DNA of 53,603 nucleotides, filler included, from Bipalium vagum (lineage: Eukaryota), in NCBI GenBank assembly GCA_037834085.1. It is 3 parts of 3 records of this genome, joined end to end, with 100 filler letters (N's around TTAATTAATTAA, not from the genome) between each part and the next. Parts side by side here need not be neighbours in the genome. Positions count along the whole stretch, not along the records: positions 18,143 to 36,006 come from JBBMKC010048142.1; positions 36,107 to 53,603 come from JBBMKC010062949.1; 1 more part is not named here. One strand, 5' to 3'. Position 1 is the first letter of the stretch, and each line of letters opens with the position of its first letter. A program made the translations under genes and the position numbers. Below are positions 22,502-36,405 of the stretch, in pieces. Under the pieces are notes generated by a model. The model was not told the origin of the DNA. It ran no database searches and worked only from the letters and a program-made list of their open reading frames with translations.

Positions 22502-25500
22502 GTAATATTGATTATTTTTTAAACTTATGAAAATCAAAGTATTATGAAACTAGATTTCTGCAAGTGATCCCAAATACCATGAGATCGAATAATTTGATTT
22601 TTTAATGAATCGATTTTTTATATTTTAATCGATTTCAGTTGATCGTTTGATAAAACGAATTGATTATTGAATTTTATAAAATGAAAAGATTTACACGATT
22701 TTTTGTTTTATCAATTTAAATATTGTTCAGTGAAATACTCTTATTTTTATTGATTTCAACAATATTTTTTTTTCTCTCCAACAATATCATTCTGATTTTT
22801 ATTGATTAGAATTTTTTAAACATTAATTAATTTTATATTTAAAAGTCGAAAATCGGTAATCGAACACGAATTTCTTACCACATGATTTCCCATTTTCTGC
22901 TATTGTTGGAACATAATTCCGATTTTCCTAAACTATTGTGGGGCAATGTTGCTTATTGAGTTGAGTGACTAGAACCGAATCGATTGATAATTATTGGTTT
23001 AGACATTTTTTCATAATATGTAAAATTGATGTATGATAGCTTTTAATTGGAAGATTAATAATGGTGTGAGTTGTGTAATAATTTCAAATTTGACAAGCCA
23101 GTCTTTGATTTTTAAAAATTAAGTTTTATCAGTTGTTTAAAAGCATTAAAGTGTTTGAGTTCCATATGAACAGTGATTGATCTTGGAAAATGTAATATAG
23201 AAAAATGGCAGAAATTCGTATTGAACTGAAAACGAAATTTTTACTAATGAGATTGTTATATTTCTTTGGAATCTGTGAAATTATTTGTTAACAATAGATG
23301 TAATAAAAAATTTTAATCAAAGAACACCATTGAAGGAATTCAGGAGACGGAAAATTGGGAAATGTCGAGAACTCTGGAATGGGAAATGAATTTTTCGGAA
23401 TTCTTAGTATTAAATGAATTGAAATAATGTTTATATTTACAATTGTCTATTATAAATTATATATATATATATATTGATATTGATTATTTTATCAATCATT
23501 AAAAATTATAATTATTTAGATAAATTATTGAAATTATTATTATTTCTCTTGTAAATAAAATTTATTGATATTACAATATACATTAAAATCCACTAAATTC
23601 CGTGATAGTAACTTTTCTAGCTTATTTATCTCTGGTTTGATAATAAAATGTCGTTATTTCGCAAATTTTACGATGTGAAGTATCGTTTTTCTTTTTTTTT
23701 TACTTTAAATTATTAACTAACAAAGACGTGAGAAATGTAATTTTTATTTACCATTTCATTTCCTCCCGATCTTTTAAAATCAATCCAGTTTTCTCCGTAA
23801 GCGGTGATTGATATGCATATTATGGTATTAATAAAATATTCATATTTGTTTATGTACAGGATCGATAGTTATTTTTAATTATCTTTAATTCAGTTAAGAC
23901 CATTTAGGTTAATAATCGAAGCGTAAGATTAACATTTCTATTGATTCAAACAGATTTTGAAAAATTTTCACTGGAAATTTATTGAAATTTAAAAAATCAT
24001 TAAAATAAATCAATTTTAAAATTTATACATAATTATATATATTTTGCAAATATATAAATAATCAAATAGTCTTATTTTCTAAAATAATGAATCAATTAGT
24101 TCTCCGGATCGTCGAAAGTCAAACCTTTTGCATTTTTCATATTGTTCTGATAATGAAAATATCGTTTTACACAATAATGATTTTTTCTTTTTGAAAAGAA
24201 CTGGAAATTTCAATCGTGATATGTGTTATTAATTTATCTGATATATGGATTTAAATCGGTATTATTTAAAAATTTAAATAAAGAGTAACCTTTTCCCACA
24301 TTGTCATTTGTCATTGATTTCAGTAATTGTTCTTTTGTTAATTATTGTCTGTTTTTGTTCTTGGTTAGTAATTGTTCTTTTGGAGAAAGTTCTGTGAAAA
24401 TATTTAGGTGATGATTGTAGTTTTCATAACGAAATTGATTTCCATTGCAATTAAATATGTTTGTGTGATAAAACCGAGACAGAAAACATTGTAATAAATC
24501 AACAGAAGGGTTTTATTATTGATCACCTATATATAAATTTCAAATCTAATACCAAGATAAAATTTAAAACGAAATATCTTTCCTAACTTGCAGTTTGAAA
24601 ATTATCGGCGGCATAGGAGCTCTAATATCGATTTTTTTCCTCTTTTCCATCTCGAAATTCGTGTTGGGATTGATTTGCGGAATTTTGATGTCATTTGGTA
24701 TTTTCAAAATATACGAATCGTTTTTCATCATGAATGCCGAAGAAGAAATGGTCAACAGTAAAAATCATCCGCAATTGCGTCAACTGCCGTCACCCGTTAT
24801 TCCACACATCGAAGAGCGAATGGTGTATGATGAATATGCTAGTTCAAAAGCATATTTCAGTGCATGGATAAACGCTGTAAGATAATAACGATGTCTTACT
24901 CTAATTGTGAAGTGATTGTGAAAATTCGATGAATTGATTTTAATTTTACCCTACACACAGGTCAACAGTTATCATCCGAGCTGGTACAATCTCAACGCTT
25001 CATATTCGTTGCACCTTTCGCTTGAAGGAACGAAAATGAGAATGCGTACTCCTAAAAACAAAATACCGTCTCGGGCGATGTGGAACGAACGAAAATTGTC
25101 TGGTATCGTTTTTATCAGCGAACGAACTGTTGAACTGCTCCATGCCAAAGTCCTTTTGTTGCCATATGGTTTGGTTAGACGGAGGATGTGGAGTAAAAAA
25201 TATCCAATTTGTATCACTATTAACAAGGTTATTGATTTTTCTATTATCGATAATTTAATTCTTATTTATCAATCGATATTTTCCATTAAAAAATCTATAT
25301 ATCATTAGTAAATAAAATTTTATCCTCCATCATAAATCAATATTTTATAAACACAATAAATGATATTGATTTTTAAATTATCGAAAATTTAATTTTTAAT
25401 TGTAAATCAATATACATGGATTTATAAAAATTAATTTATTGAATTTTTTATTATTCAAAATTTTAGATCAATATTTTTTATAAAAAGACAATTGATAACA

Positions 25501-28500
25501 TATTCATAAATCAATTATTTTATTAATTCTATATTTTTTAATCGATTATTTGATTTTTTACTCAATTGAAATATAAAAAAATTAATTATTATTTTAATAT
25601 AAAGTCGATTTTTTTAATCCTCTTTGAAACGTATTTTTTGGGTTCTATATTGACAGATGTGATCTAAGAATTGTCTAAAACAATTCTGATTTGAATTTTT
25701 AAACTGGAAAAAGGAAAAAAGAAAGTTAGGAAAAAATATTTAAACTACAATAAATCGATAAGATGCTTCAAATAAATATCATATGACAATTATGTTAATT
25801 TATGACAGGTTTTGTCTTCAATTAATCTATTGATTTTAATAAATTTTATTTTCTGATATCCGAGCACTATTGATTCTAAACATTGAATAATAAAATCGCA
25901 TAATTTCATGTATTCTAAATTATGAAAAAATTAAATCGTTTAAATTGGAAAATTTGAATCGATAAACATATATATGGCTTTTAAATTTAAAATTCAAAAA
26001 CATTTTACGCTAGCATTGGTGCATGAAAGAGTTCGGATTGCACTATCTGCCGGCAACGTGTGAAGAAATGTTCAGAAGACATCTCAAGAGCTTAACCAAT
26101 CACGATCATTATTTTTTGAATTTGGATTGGAAATTAATTTTCAAAATCCTTTGAGACGGAATCTGTTAATTGAAACGATTATTTGATCAATATTAATTAT
26201 GTTAAATTAAAATTTATTAGTTTAAAATCTGTAAATCGATTTTAAATGATGATTTTCAAATTTTGAATATGGATTATTTTTCGAAATAGTAAATAGACTT
26301 TTATTGTGAAATGAATTAAAGTTAAATTCTATAGTGTACAATAAATATTATCATTTGGTGCTTATGTGTGCGTCAGAGAACATTTTCCATTTGTAAATTT
26401 TCTTGGTTTTCTTAATCATCGTGTTCTATCTTGGTTCTTCTTCAAGGGAAGCGGAATGATAGCCAGTTCTAACAAGCCCGCAGTGACTTTACCTCAATCG
26501 AAATCATTCGAAAACCTTTCAGAAGCCAGTACTAATGAGGAGCATTTCTTTTTTTTCACTCGGACCTGTCGTGAAAAGGAAGAGCTGTTTCGTCGTTTAA
26601 TGGCAGCTAGCTTGGGCATGCCGATCACCCTGACCATAACCAATGTACGATTGTTATTATAATTTCTGTTGTTGGTGTTTTGTTCTCTATTTCATGCTGG
26701 GTTTTCGATTTAGATCATTGAAAAATATCTCAGCAGCGAAGTGTTCGCCAGTTATCCTATTCCACTCATCAACACGACCAATGCCAAAGAAGAAGAGCCT
26801 CACATCAAGAGCGGTGATGTTGCAAAAGAACCAGTAAAAGACGAACCCAGTAACATTGGGAACGTTAAAACCGGAGTGGCTGTGAAGGTGCACAAAACTG
26901 GTAAAGAGCCACAGATTGTGTCATATGTTCGGTGAGAATGTTTGCTTACTACTATTAATTATTGATTGTTACTATTTTATATATATTTTTTAAAAATATT
27001 ATTATTTGATGTAAACATCATAATCAAATATCACCATATTTTGATTTTTTCTTCATCTGAAGTTGTTACGAAATATTTGTTTATAAAATATTAGTCTCGA
27101 ACAAACAATTCATCTCGTATATCTAAATATTAGAGAATCGAATCATGATTTCTTCACGAGTTTTCGGTTGACACCATCTTTATTTTCTGTCCGAAAAATT
27201 CTGCTAAATTTTCATCAAAAGAGCTGAAACGAAAGGAAGGCAACATTTTAATGATAGTCTTTAATTAGTGCTATAAAAATTATATATTAAATATTCTCTC
27301 TACCACTGATATTTTAATTATTAAATTATATTTCGTGGTTTCTATTGGACAAAAAATAGAAAACTTTTCAAATGTTCTGATTTCTAAAAAATATTATAAA
27401 ATTGAACTGTCGATCATTATTGATTTTAATCAGCGTTTTCAATTTTGTATTTGTTTTACATTTTATTTGAAATTAATTTTTATTTTACTGAAAATATTTT
27501 TATTAATTTTTGTCATTGAAAATTTCCTATTTCTGTTGATTAATAATTTTCTCAATAATTGCATATTATAAATTTAAATTTATTTTAATATATTTTAATT
27601 AGAATTCAAATTAAAAAATTGTAATCATTTGATATTTTTCAATTTTATTAATTTGTAATGTTTTTTTCTAAATATATATATTTCTCAAATATACTGAAAA
27701 GATAAAAATTATAAGCATTGATTTTAAATTCGGCATCAAAAATTCTTGAAAAATAAAAATAAATTGATTGAAATTTAAAATAATCAAATTAGATAAAATA
27801 ATTATTAATATTAATATTAATAATAATAAAAAAAAATTTAAATTGATCTGGAGAGAGTGATTTTAAGATTCCTCAAAATTCATTTAATAATTATTCCAGA
27901 TATTATTCCTTTCAGTTTTTTGTTTCCCCACTTCTTACTTGCTGTTGGTTTTTGTTTCAATTAATCAATTATTAATATACTTATTTTTCGAAAATAAAAT
28001 TTATTCAGTCCATTGAACCGACCACTAATATATATTTGTTGACAATTTTTGAGTTATTTAATTGATTGCCCTAACCAACTAACTTCCTCTTTCACGCCTA
28101 CTACTTTTACACAAAATGGTTCCATTCTGTATTATTTATTTACCTCTTAAAGATCAATACATAATAAGAAAAAAATCAATAATTTAAATAAAGTCGAATT
28201 AATAAGAAAAATAACAGAAATAAGTAAAATCGATTTTCAGTTGAATTGCTTTCAAAATGTTTAAATTATAGATAACGAAAATTCCATTCAAAACAATTTC
28301 TTCATATTTTTTCATGTTAAGATAAGACTAACCCAAAAACTGTTTGCAATATTAAATTATGCAAATTTATTAACTCTGTTTTATTATCGATATCGTTATC
28401 ATTTAATTACTGCTAATTGTGTTTCGTACTTTAAAAAATCTGAATTATAATTCAAATTTATTTCTCTTCATAATTTCACTAAAAAATATATTACTAATTA

Positions 28501-31500
28501 TTATTTATTATTTTATTATGATTATTAATAAGATTTATTTTTATATTTTTAAATAATTTAAATAAATTGATTTAATCTAATTATAATTCTATTTGATGTA
28601 ATTTATAAGCAAATAATTCTATTAATCAATCAACAGATCTTTCAAAATCAAACACGTATTTAATTTATCTTAAGAATAGTGTACACTGATAAAAGTTAAG
28701 TTTTATTTAATTTTCATCGATGTTTATACGGATCAATTAATTATAAATCAATAAAAATATTTTTTAAAATTTAAATTGATGCATTTTTATTGAGTTTTTG
28801 TCTTATCTATCTTACATATAATTTCTTTATTTCTAAGTCATTCTATAATTGTGACCTCACTCTTCATCATTCTTCTCCTTTGTATCTCTGTTTTCATTTT
28901 ATATAACAATTTTTTGATATTATAACACATTAAGATACATGGCAAAATTTATGCCATCAGACATGTTATTATTGAAAGCAAAAAGTCAACATATCGATTT
29001 GAATTACATCCAATGTGATTCGGAGCTGCTTTGGCTCAATGCTCTTTTCGGCCGAGTAGCATGGGACATATTTCGTGGAACTTATTGGAGTCAAGTAATT
29101 CGGGAAAAGATTCAGAAAAAATTGAAAAAACTTCATGTAAAACATACATTTAATTGTCTATCAAATATCGTTGATTATCACTCCCATTGTTTCATTTTTG
29201 TAGTTACCTTACTTTATCGACAAACTGGAAATAATTGACATTGATCTTGGAAACGAATTGCCGGTGATTAGGAAAGTCAGTCGTCCATATTTGGATTACC
29301 GGGGGCTGTGGGTCGAATTCGAAATGGTTTACGCAGGTGGATTTTCGATGGGCCTTGAAACAAAGGTGAGATCGTTTTATTTTAATTTTTATTTATGTTA
29401 TTATTTTTGTTACTATTATCTTTATTCTTTTAATACCTTTAGTCATCTTTATTTTAATAAAAATAATTTTAAAAATTTCATTTATACTAAAATAAAATTT
29501 TTAATAATAGTTATAATAAATATTTTTAATTTAATTAATGTTAATTAATAAAAATTTTATATAATATTAATATTGATATATTGAAAAAGGATAATGTAGA
29601 ATTTTAATTAAATCAATAATTAAATATATTTATTTTCAAAAGCCTGAGGTTAGATAATTTAAATTTCAGGAATGTTGAAACCTCTCTGGATTGATAATTA
29701 TTATTTTAAACTATATTTATTTTCATTTTTTACAGTGCTCTATAAAATTCCGGACTGAGGCCACAAAAACTAATTAAATAGTGAAAATATTAACATTCTT
29801 TTTTAAACTATTTTTATAGGTAGCTATATGTCTATTTTAAATGGAAGTTTAGGCACTCAAACAGTAAGTTTTAAAACTAATTCTAAGATGTAATAGTCAC
29901 ATAAATCGTTCTATTTTTAGGATGGATTTTAGAGCAGTGAATTTGCATAAAATTTTGATTTAAATTACACAAAACGGCAACCGAAACCCATCAAATGTTG
30001 ACAAAAGTTTTTGGTATCTTTAAGATGAAGAGAACAAGCATATTTGCGTGGTTTTCTCTATTTAAAATTGGCAGCACATCATTAATAAATGACGAACGAT
30101 CTGGACGACCAATTTAAATAAGAACTCCAGAAGAAATTGAACAAATATTGATGTTGATTAATGAAGAATCGATAATAACTGTAAGGCAAATTGATGAAGA
30201 AACTGGTCTAAATATGACCAGCAATAATTTTGAAAAAGCCACTCATTGGAATGGAGAGCACCGCACGAAAGAACAAGGTTTTGCTTATAGCCTTTATTGA
30301 TAATCAGGATTTAGTTTATTGTGAATATCTACTGGAAGGTACTACAATAAACCAGGAAGTGTATCTGAATATTTTACGCAGATTAAGTGAAGCTATTCGT
30401 CAGAAAAGAGCAGAAAATGGGGATAGGTTATTGAATGCTACATTATGATAATCTTCAGCCTTTGTGCACATTCAGTCTTAAAATTTTTGACACAAAATAA
30501 TATCCAAATAATTCCACAGGCACCCAAAGTTAAAGATGACACTTAAAGAAGATTTTATACCGGAATTGACATTATAGTAAAATCTAAGTCAGTGTTATTA
30601 TCCATTTCAAAAAGTGATTATAAAAAATGTTTACCTACATGGAAGAAGTGATGGGGCAAATGTGTAGATGCCGGAGAGGAGACTATTTTGAAAAATATTA
30701 TAAATAAATGCTTTATATTGAGTTTATATTTTTGTGGCTCCAGTCCGGCAATTTATTGGACAAACCCTTAATATTTAGAATTTCGGGCTGTTTTTTGTTT
30801 AAGGAACGCATTTACTATTGGTTGTTAGTAAGTGCGTTCCTATTAGTCGCCTATTTATAGACAGATTTTTTTTATAGAGAAAAGCTTGTGGACATTAACA
30901 ACAGAGGCCTTGGACGCAGAAATCTTGAAGCATTAAAATCATTTTTTCAAATTTAAATAAAATCATCAGTAATGATGCCATTTTCAGGAAATTTTTTTCC
31001 AATTTCCAAAGTAAATTTAAATATTTGACTTTATATTAATTTATTAAATAAATTAAGCAATGCGTACTAAGAAAGTTAAAAATTAAGAAATTATTTAAAT
31101 TTGAAAAAATGATTTTAATGCTTCAAGATTTCTGCGTCCAAGGCCTCTGTTGTTAATGTCCACAAGCTTTTCTCTATAAAAAAAATCTGTCTATAAATAG
31201 GCGACTAATAGGAACTCACTTACTAACAACCAATAGTAAGTGCGTTCCTTAAACAAAAAAGAACCGAATTTCGATATTAATTATTAAAATTTTATTTGAT
31301 TATATTTTTTTAACTATTAATATTTATTAAACAACTTAACTTTTACATTAAAATTAACAATGACTTTTGTTATTATTATTTTTTTATCATGGCTATTTTT
31401 ATTAATATAATTTTGAGATTGAATTTATTATTTTCTGTGGTTATTAATACTATGTTATAATAATAATTTTTATTATTATTTGATTTATTATTTTAATTTT

Positions 31501-34500
31501 AATTATATTTTTTATTTTTGAGGTTAACATTTTTTCATTTATCATAATTATATTTTATTTTTAATTATCAATATTATATCTTTGTGTTTCTTTATATAAT
31601 ATTTAATAATAATTATCAGTAATATTTTGGAATTTTATTTTTTATAAATTCTTAATATTGGGGGTATCCATAAAACATATTTTTTTACAAAAAGTATATA
31701 GGGACACAAAAATACGTAATAATGATTTTTTTTGTTAAAAATACTTTTTTTTAAAACAACATTTTTAATGACCCCTATTTATTTATTTTAATATTTAATT
31801 TTATTAACAATATTCTTATTTAATAATTAATTTTAATTATAATAATATTATTTTATCATTAATATTTATATTATATTTTACTGTAATTATCTTTATGAAT
31901 AATTATAATCATTATTATTTTCTGATTGGTTATGTTTATTCTCTTCTTTCTGGAATTGTCTTTCTATTTTTTCAATCAATATTTTCCAAGATAAATCTGA
32001 TGAAGCTGAAAAATGTGGCAGCTGCTCAGAGATCATCGCATAATAAAATGAAGAAAACCAATTTCACAGTCAAATACAATCCCGAAGGGAACATAACCAC
32101 CAATAACCAATCAGAACCAAGTGAAAATACTAATTGATTGTGATTGAAAAATTAATGGCGAGTCTTTAACAAATGAAACATTTTTTTACAGTTGACCCAA
32201 TGGATTCTGATCTTAATTACGAGATGAACGTAGACGCTAAGCTTCAGATGCACATGGCCACTGGGGGCGGCACAGTGAACTTTGATGAGTCGGAAGATGA
32301 TCGGGTAAACTCTCATGGGTCTAGTGATGAAAGTTTTGCCAGTAGCACTGAATCCGATGCATCCATTGAAAAGTAATAACACTCTTTGTTAGAAGAAAAT
32401 CGATTTAAAATCAATTAATATTTCCAAGAGTATATTAATTCAATAATTTTTTCTGATTCTCTCTTATCCAGAATAAGCCTACAAAAACACAATATTTCAC
32501 ATGTGTGTCGTAAGATCGCTTTTTTGTGCTTTTTCTTGTTTTTTAGCTCTAAACAATGGTCTTTTTGATGACTTATTTTTGCCTTTTCTGATTATCACGA
32601 AGCGTTTACTATGAAAATATGTATTGAACTTTAAAAAATCTATTAACAATTTTCTGTTCTGTATAATTTTATTGATTATTTTAATTGATCTCTAAATTTG
32701 TGATTATTAATTTATATTTTTCATTAAAATTAGTTCATTTCTCTTAGTATAGTTGATTGTTTCGATTAACTTGTTTTGTAAAATTTTCATTATAATTAAT
32801 CATTTCTAAATTATATCTTCAAAAAATTATTTTTAAATAAATTGTTAGTAGTAGAAGTATTAATTATTATTATTATTATTACTATTATTATAATTTTTTA
32901 ATTTATTGATTGAATTTGAATAAAATAAAACCGTTATATAGCTGTACTTATTTACAAATCTTTATTATTGAAAATATGTAAATAAGATAACATCCAGACG
33001 TAGTGGTTAAAATATCAATAATTGACATTTTCATAATATTGACAAAGGTGCAACACACTTTCCAAAATTAGACATGAAAATATCGATTGATCTTTAAAAT
33101 TTTGCTTAAATCCTGATTTTGTTTCTTATTTTGTACATAATTTTCTTTTTTCATTTTTTAATATTTTAATCAATTATATTTTGTATAATAAGAAATATTT
33201 GATATTTAATAATAATCTTTGAACATAATATTTTTCAACAATATTGTCATTTTGATTTCTCATAATTTTTTCAGTTAAGAAATATAAACTAGTCTCTCTG
33301 AATTCCTGATTAATTTGTTATTTCCGGATAATAATTTTCTAATATTGTTTTGTTTTAAAGTTTAAACAGTTTTGCTAAGAAAAATGTACTCACTTTATTT
33401 TCACAATTAACAGCAGAAATAAGAAGAAACATTTTTATCTTAAATCAAATTTGGAAAAATGATTTGTATAAAAAAATTGTTAAAAATTTATGATAGTGCA
33501 ATTATCAACTTTTGCAAATGTTATTATCGTTCATTATTTTATAATTTAATATCTTTAAAATTTAAAACTTTTCTGATAGTTTAAATTGTATTTACTTTTA
33601 TCATGTTATTATTTTTCTAAGCTTTTCTCAAATTATTGAATGTGCAATGATTTTAAATAAAGTGGAATAAGAAAATTAATAAAATAATTAAAAATTATTT
33701 AATTATCAGGCTCATCTATCAATATATTTAGATGGTGGAAACTTTGTTATTGTCTTATCTGAAAAGCTTGCCGTTTTCTACCACTTATCTATAGAATTAA
33801 GTCGTTATTTGTATTAAGTCCCCGGAAAACGTTCACAAGAACGTAATCAATGTAATTACATAGATTAATATCCGCAATCGGTATTTATGCAATTTAATTA
33901 GTTTTTAATAAAGTCGACTTTTATAAAAAGAATGAAATGAAAAAATAAATGAGAAATTTACAGAAAGAAATGTGAATAATCTTTTGTCATTGGATTATAA
34001 TTGATTTTATTGAATTATTGAGATTGTAAAAAATAATTCTAAATTTATTGATTTTATTTTTTTCTGATTAACAACAAAACTCACAACTTTGCAATTAATA
34101 AATTTAATGATTTTGAGAAAAAATTTCAAAATTATTATTATTTTTTTATCACAAACGAGGAAGATATTTGTTTCCCTCTTTAAAATTAATTGTTCTCAGA
34201 TGCCTGTCGGAAAATGAAGTGAGGTAAGTGATTAAGTGGAAGCATGCTTATCATCGATTCAATTATTCTATTCACATTTGATTATTTCTTTTGTTTTCAT
34301 TCTGCATATTGATTTATTATTATATACCAATATTTCGATTTCCTTTAAAAATATATTGATTTGAAATTATCGATTCATGTTGATTTTTTAGTTTTGCAAT
34401 TTTTGAAATTCGACTTAAAGATTGATTCTAAAAATATCTGTATTAGATTTATGATAAATAATAAAATGATAGATTAATAAATAAATAATAACAATCTGAA

Positions 34501-35790
34501 AAGTTAATTTTCTTTTCAAAATAATCTCGTTTGAAAAAATCGATAAAAATTAATCATCTTTTTAATGAACAATAAATTTATGGTTATTGATTTTAGTCTT
34601 TTATATTTTTCTTTCAAATTGTGAAATATTAACCATTTAAAACTTTGTTGTCTGTCATATAATTTTCATTGATTATTTCAATATATTTTCAAAAAATAAT
34701 TTATTGGTTTTTGACATCAATTGTTCTTTTAATATCATAAAATCATCATCAAATATCATGTGCAATTTTAAAATAACTGGTTTTTCTTAAACCAATACAG
34801 TAATGGTTTATATATTTGTTTATTTTAATATTTTCAATTTGTTGTCAACTGATTTTACTTGTAATCATCAATCAATAATTTTAACTGTGAAATTTGTTGG
34901 AGTGTTTGTGTGTGTGAAAATATTTCGATCGATAGATGATAAAATATCATTGATTCTTGTGTGCACGCCACAAATTTTGATTGTTTTCCAAAGGCTTATT
35001 TGTTTTTTGGTGTTCCCTTTCAGAAATCAGAATCCGTCTCAGGGCTCATCTTCCAATAAAAGTTTTATTCAGTGGGTCGATAAAATCGCGCGATCTGCGT
35101 ACTTTCAGAAAGCAGCAGATAACAAATACGTACAGAAAACCATGGAATACGTTTCCAATACAAGCCTGGCACTTCAGGTTTTTATTTGATGTCCTTTTGA
35201 TTTTTAAGAATTTTAAAAATTCTAATTATGTTAATTCTATGAACTTTTCTCTTTTTATCGTAAAGTTATCATTTTATATTTTGTATCTGTTAAACTATTG
35301 ATTTAATTTTAAGTATTTATTAGATTTTGATAATTATTTCATTAAAATTATTTACACTTACATTTTTATATTTAATTAATTATTATTTTTATTTTAACCA
35401 ATGTTTTTAAAAAATATTAAAATTCACAAACACATTTCTATTTTTTTGTCAACAATTCCATTTTGCCTTCCTGTACTTCCCTTTGTTTTAATATTGGAAT
35501 AGTTGTTATAATATGTGCAAAATAAAATCATAAAATCGACGTCCAATCATTTTCTCATATGGGTAGTTGTCGTTGTCGACGATGTTTTTCCTTTTGGATA
35601 GGTCGATGCAGCATATTTGAACGGAACTCTCGTTATCAACATTCCGCCTCCGCCCAGTGACCGGTTGTGGTGGGGTTTCAAGAAAAATCCAGAATTGCAA
35701 ATCAAAGCCAGACCAAAAGTGGGCCAAAAAGAAATCCACATGACGAAAATCGTTGAATTCATCGAAAAGAAATTGATCCAGGAATTTCAG
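21708..35790 (+). CDS. TEX2: Testis-expressed protein 2 homolog (TM + PH-like + SMP lipid-transfer protein), 11 exons, last exon missing
   Basis: Exons 21708-22501, 24594-24876, 24961-25227, 26447-26644, 26714-26931, 28935-29136, 29204-29365, 31991-32120, 32192-32372, 35024-35177 and 35602-35790, all GT-AG and in phase. Motifs: LLPYGLVRRRMWSKKYPICI, FTRTCREKEELFRRL, WLNALFGRVAWD, IQKKL..LPYFI, LETKINLMKL, VDKIARSAYFQKA and GTLVINIPPPPSDRLWWGF. Confidence 0.93.
24594..25227 (+). CDS. TEX2: TEX2 exons 2-3 (TM hairpin and start of PH-like domain)
   Basis: Hydrophobic segments then WINA|VNSY..WSKKYPICI; 84-nt intron at 24877-24960. Confidence 0.88.
26447..26931 (+). CDS. TEX2: TEX2 exons 4-5
   Basis: FFFTRTCREKEELFRRL; 69-nt intron at 26645-26713. 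Confidence 0.85.
28935..29365 (+). CDS. TEX2: TEX2 exons 6-7 (SMP domain start)
   Basis: WLNALFGRVAWD..IQKKL|LPYFIDKLEIIDIDLG..RGLWVEFEMVYAGGF; 67-nt intron. Confidence 0.92.
29731..30770 (+). mobile_element. Mariner element with both TIRs, degraded, in TEX2 intron
   Basis: TIRs share CCGGACTG(AG/GA)GCCACAAAAA. Transposase remnants: DERSGRP, KVLLIAFID, GTTINQEVYLNILRRL..AIRQKR, LHYDN and KCVDAGE. Confidence 0.9.
30768..31280. mobile_element. Foldback MITE with ~170-190-bp near-perfect inverted arms
   Basis: 30791-30960 is the reverse complement of 31091-31260 with very few mismatches; 130-bp spacer. Confidence 0.92.
31991..32372 (+). CDS. TEX2: TEX2 exons 8-9
   Basis: INLMKLK, then the acidic SDESFASSTESD segment; 71-nt intron. 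Confidence 0.8.
35024..35790 (+). CDS. TEX2: TEX2 exons 10-11 (SMP domain C-terminal part)
   Basis: VDKIARSAYFQKA..VSNT|GTLVINIPPPPSDRLWWGF..IEKKLIQEFQ|gtaag. Confidence 0.92.
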
Positions 35791-36006
35791 GTAAGAATTT
35801 CAGCACTTTTTGTCTTGATTTCGCATATTTTTAAATAATGAAGATCTACGTATGATTGTGACGGTTACGACCTTTTTATCATATACAGTGCACAACGGTT
35901 AAAGTTGTGGGGAACTCCAAAATACTTCCATGTAAACGAAAAAAATTAACATTTTAAACTATTTATTTATGAAAATAGTCGAGTAAAGTCTTCTGAATTG
36001 GCCGAG

Positions 36007-36106
36007 NNNNNNNNNNNNNNNNNNNNNNNNNNNNNNNNNNNNNNNNNNNNTTAATTAATTAANNNNNNNNNNNNNNNNNNNNNNNNNNNNNNNNNNNNNN
36101 NNNNNN
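36007..36106. other. Artificial contig-joining linker
   Basis: 44 N + TTAATTAATTAA + 44 N. Confidence 0.95.
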
Positions 36107-36405
36107 TCCTGTTTGTCTATAAAATTCAAGGGCAACCACGGTTAAACTTGATAGTCGGGACCGTATAGCTAGTCTCTTAATCAACCTTTTATCTCTGATA
36201 GAAAACTGTTTAGGTCGACCAATTATTTGAGCATCATACACGTTACCACGACAATTAAATTTTTGAACAATTTTTGACAACCACGCTTGGTCACATGGCA
36301 ATTAAATTCCCTCTTCATGATTAATATTACTTCGGGCCAATTTTTAACTGATTTTGAAAGTGCAAAAATTGACATTCTTTTTTCTTTCGTTAAAAATTTT
36401 ACCAT
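36107..36405 (-). mobile_element. Tc1-like transposase N-terminal HTH fragment
   Basis: LTKEKRMSIFAL.. and GNVYDAQIIGRPKQFSIRDKRLIKR (GRPK motif), frameshifted. Confidence 0.8.

Noticed and set aside
27335-27571. Hydrophobic 78-aa ORF in a TEX2 intron
   Set aside because: F/I/L/N/K-rich product of T-rich intronic sequence with a non-ATG start.
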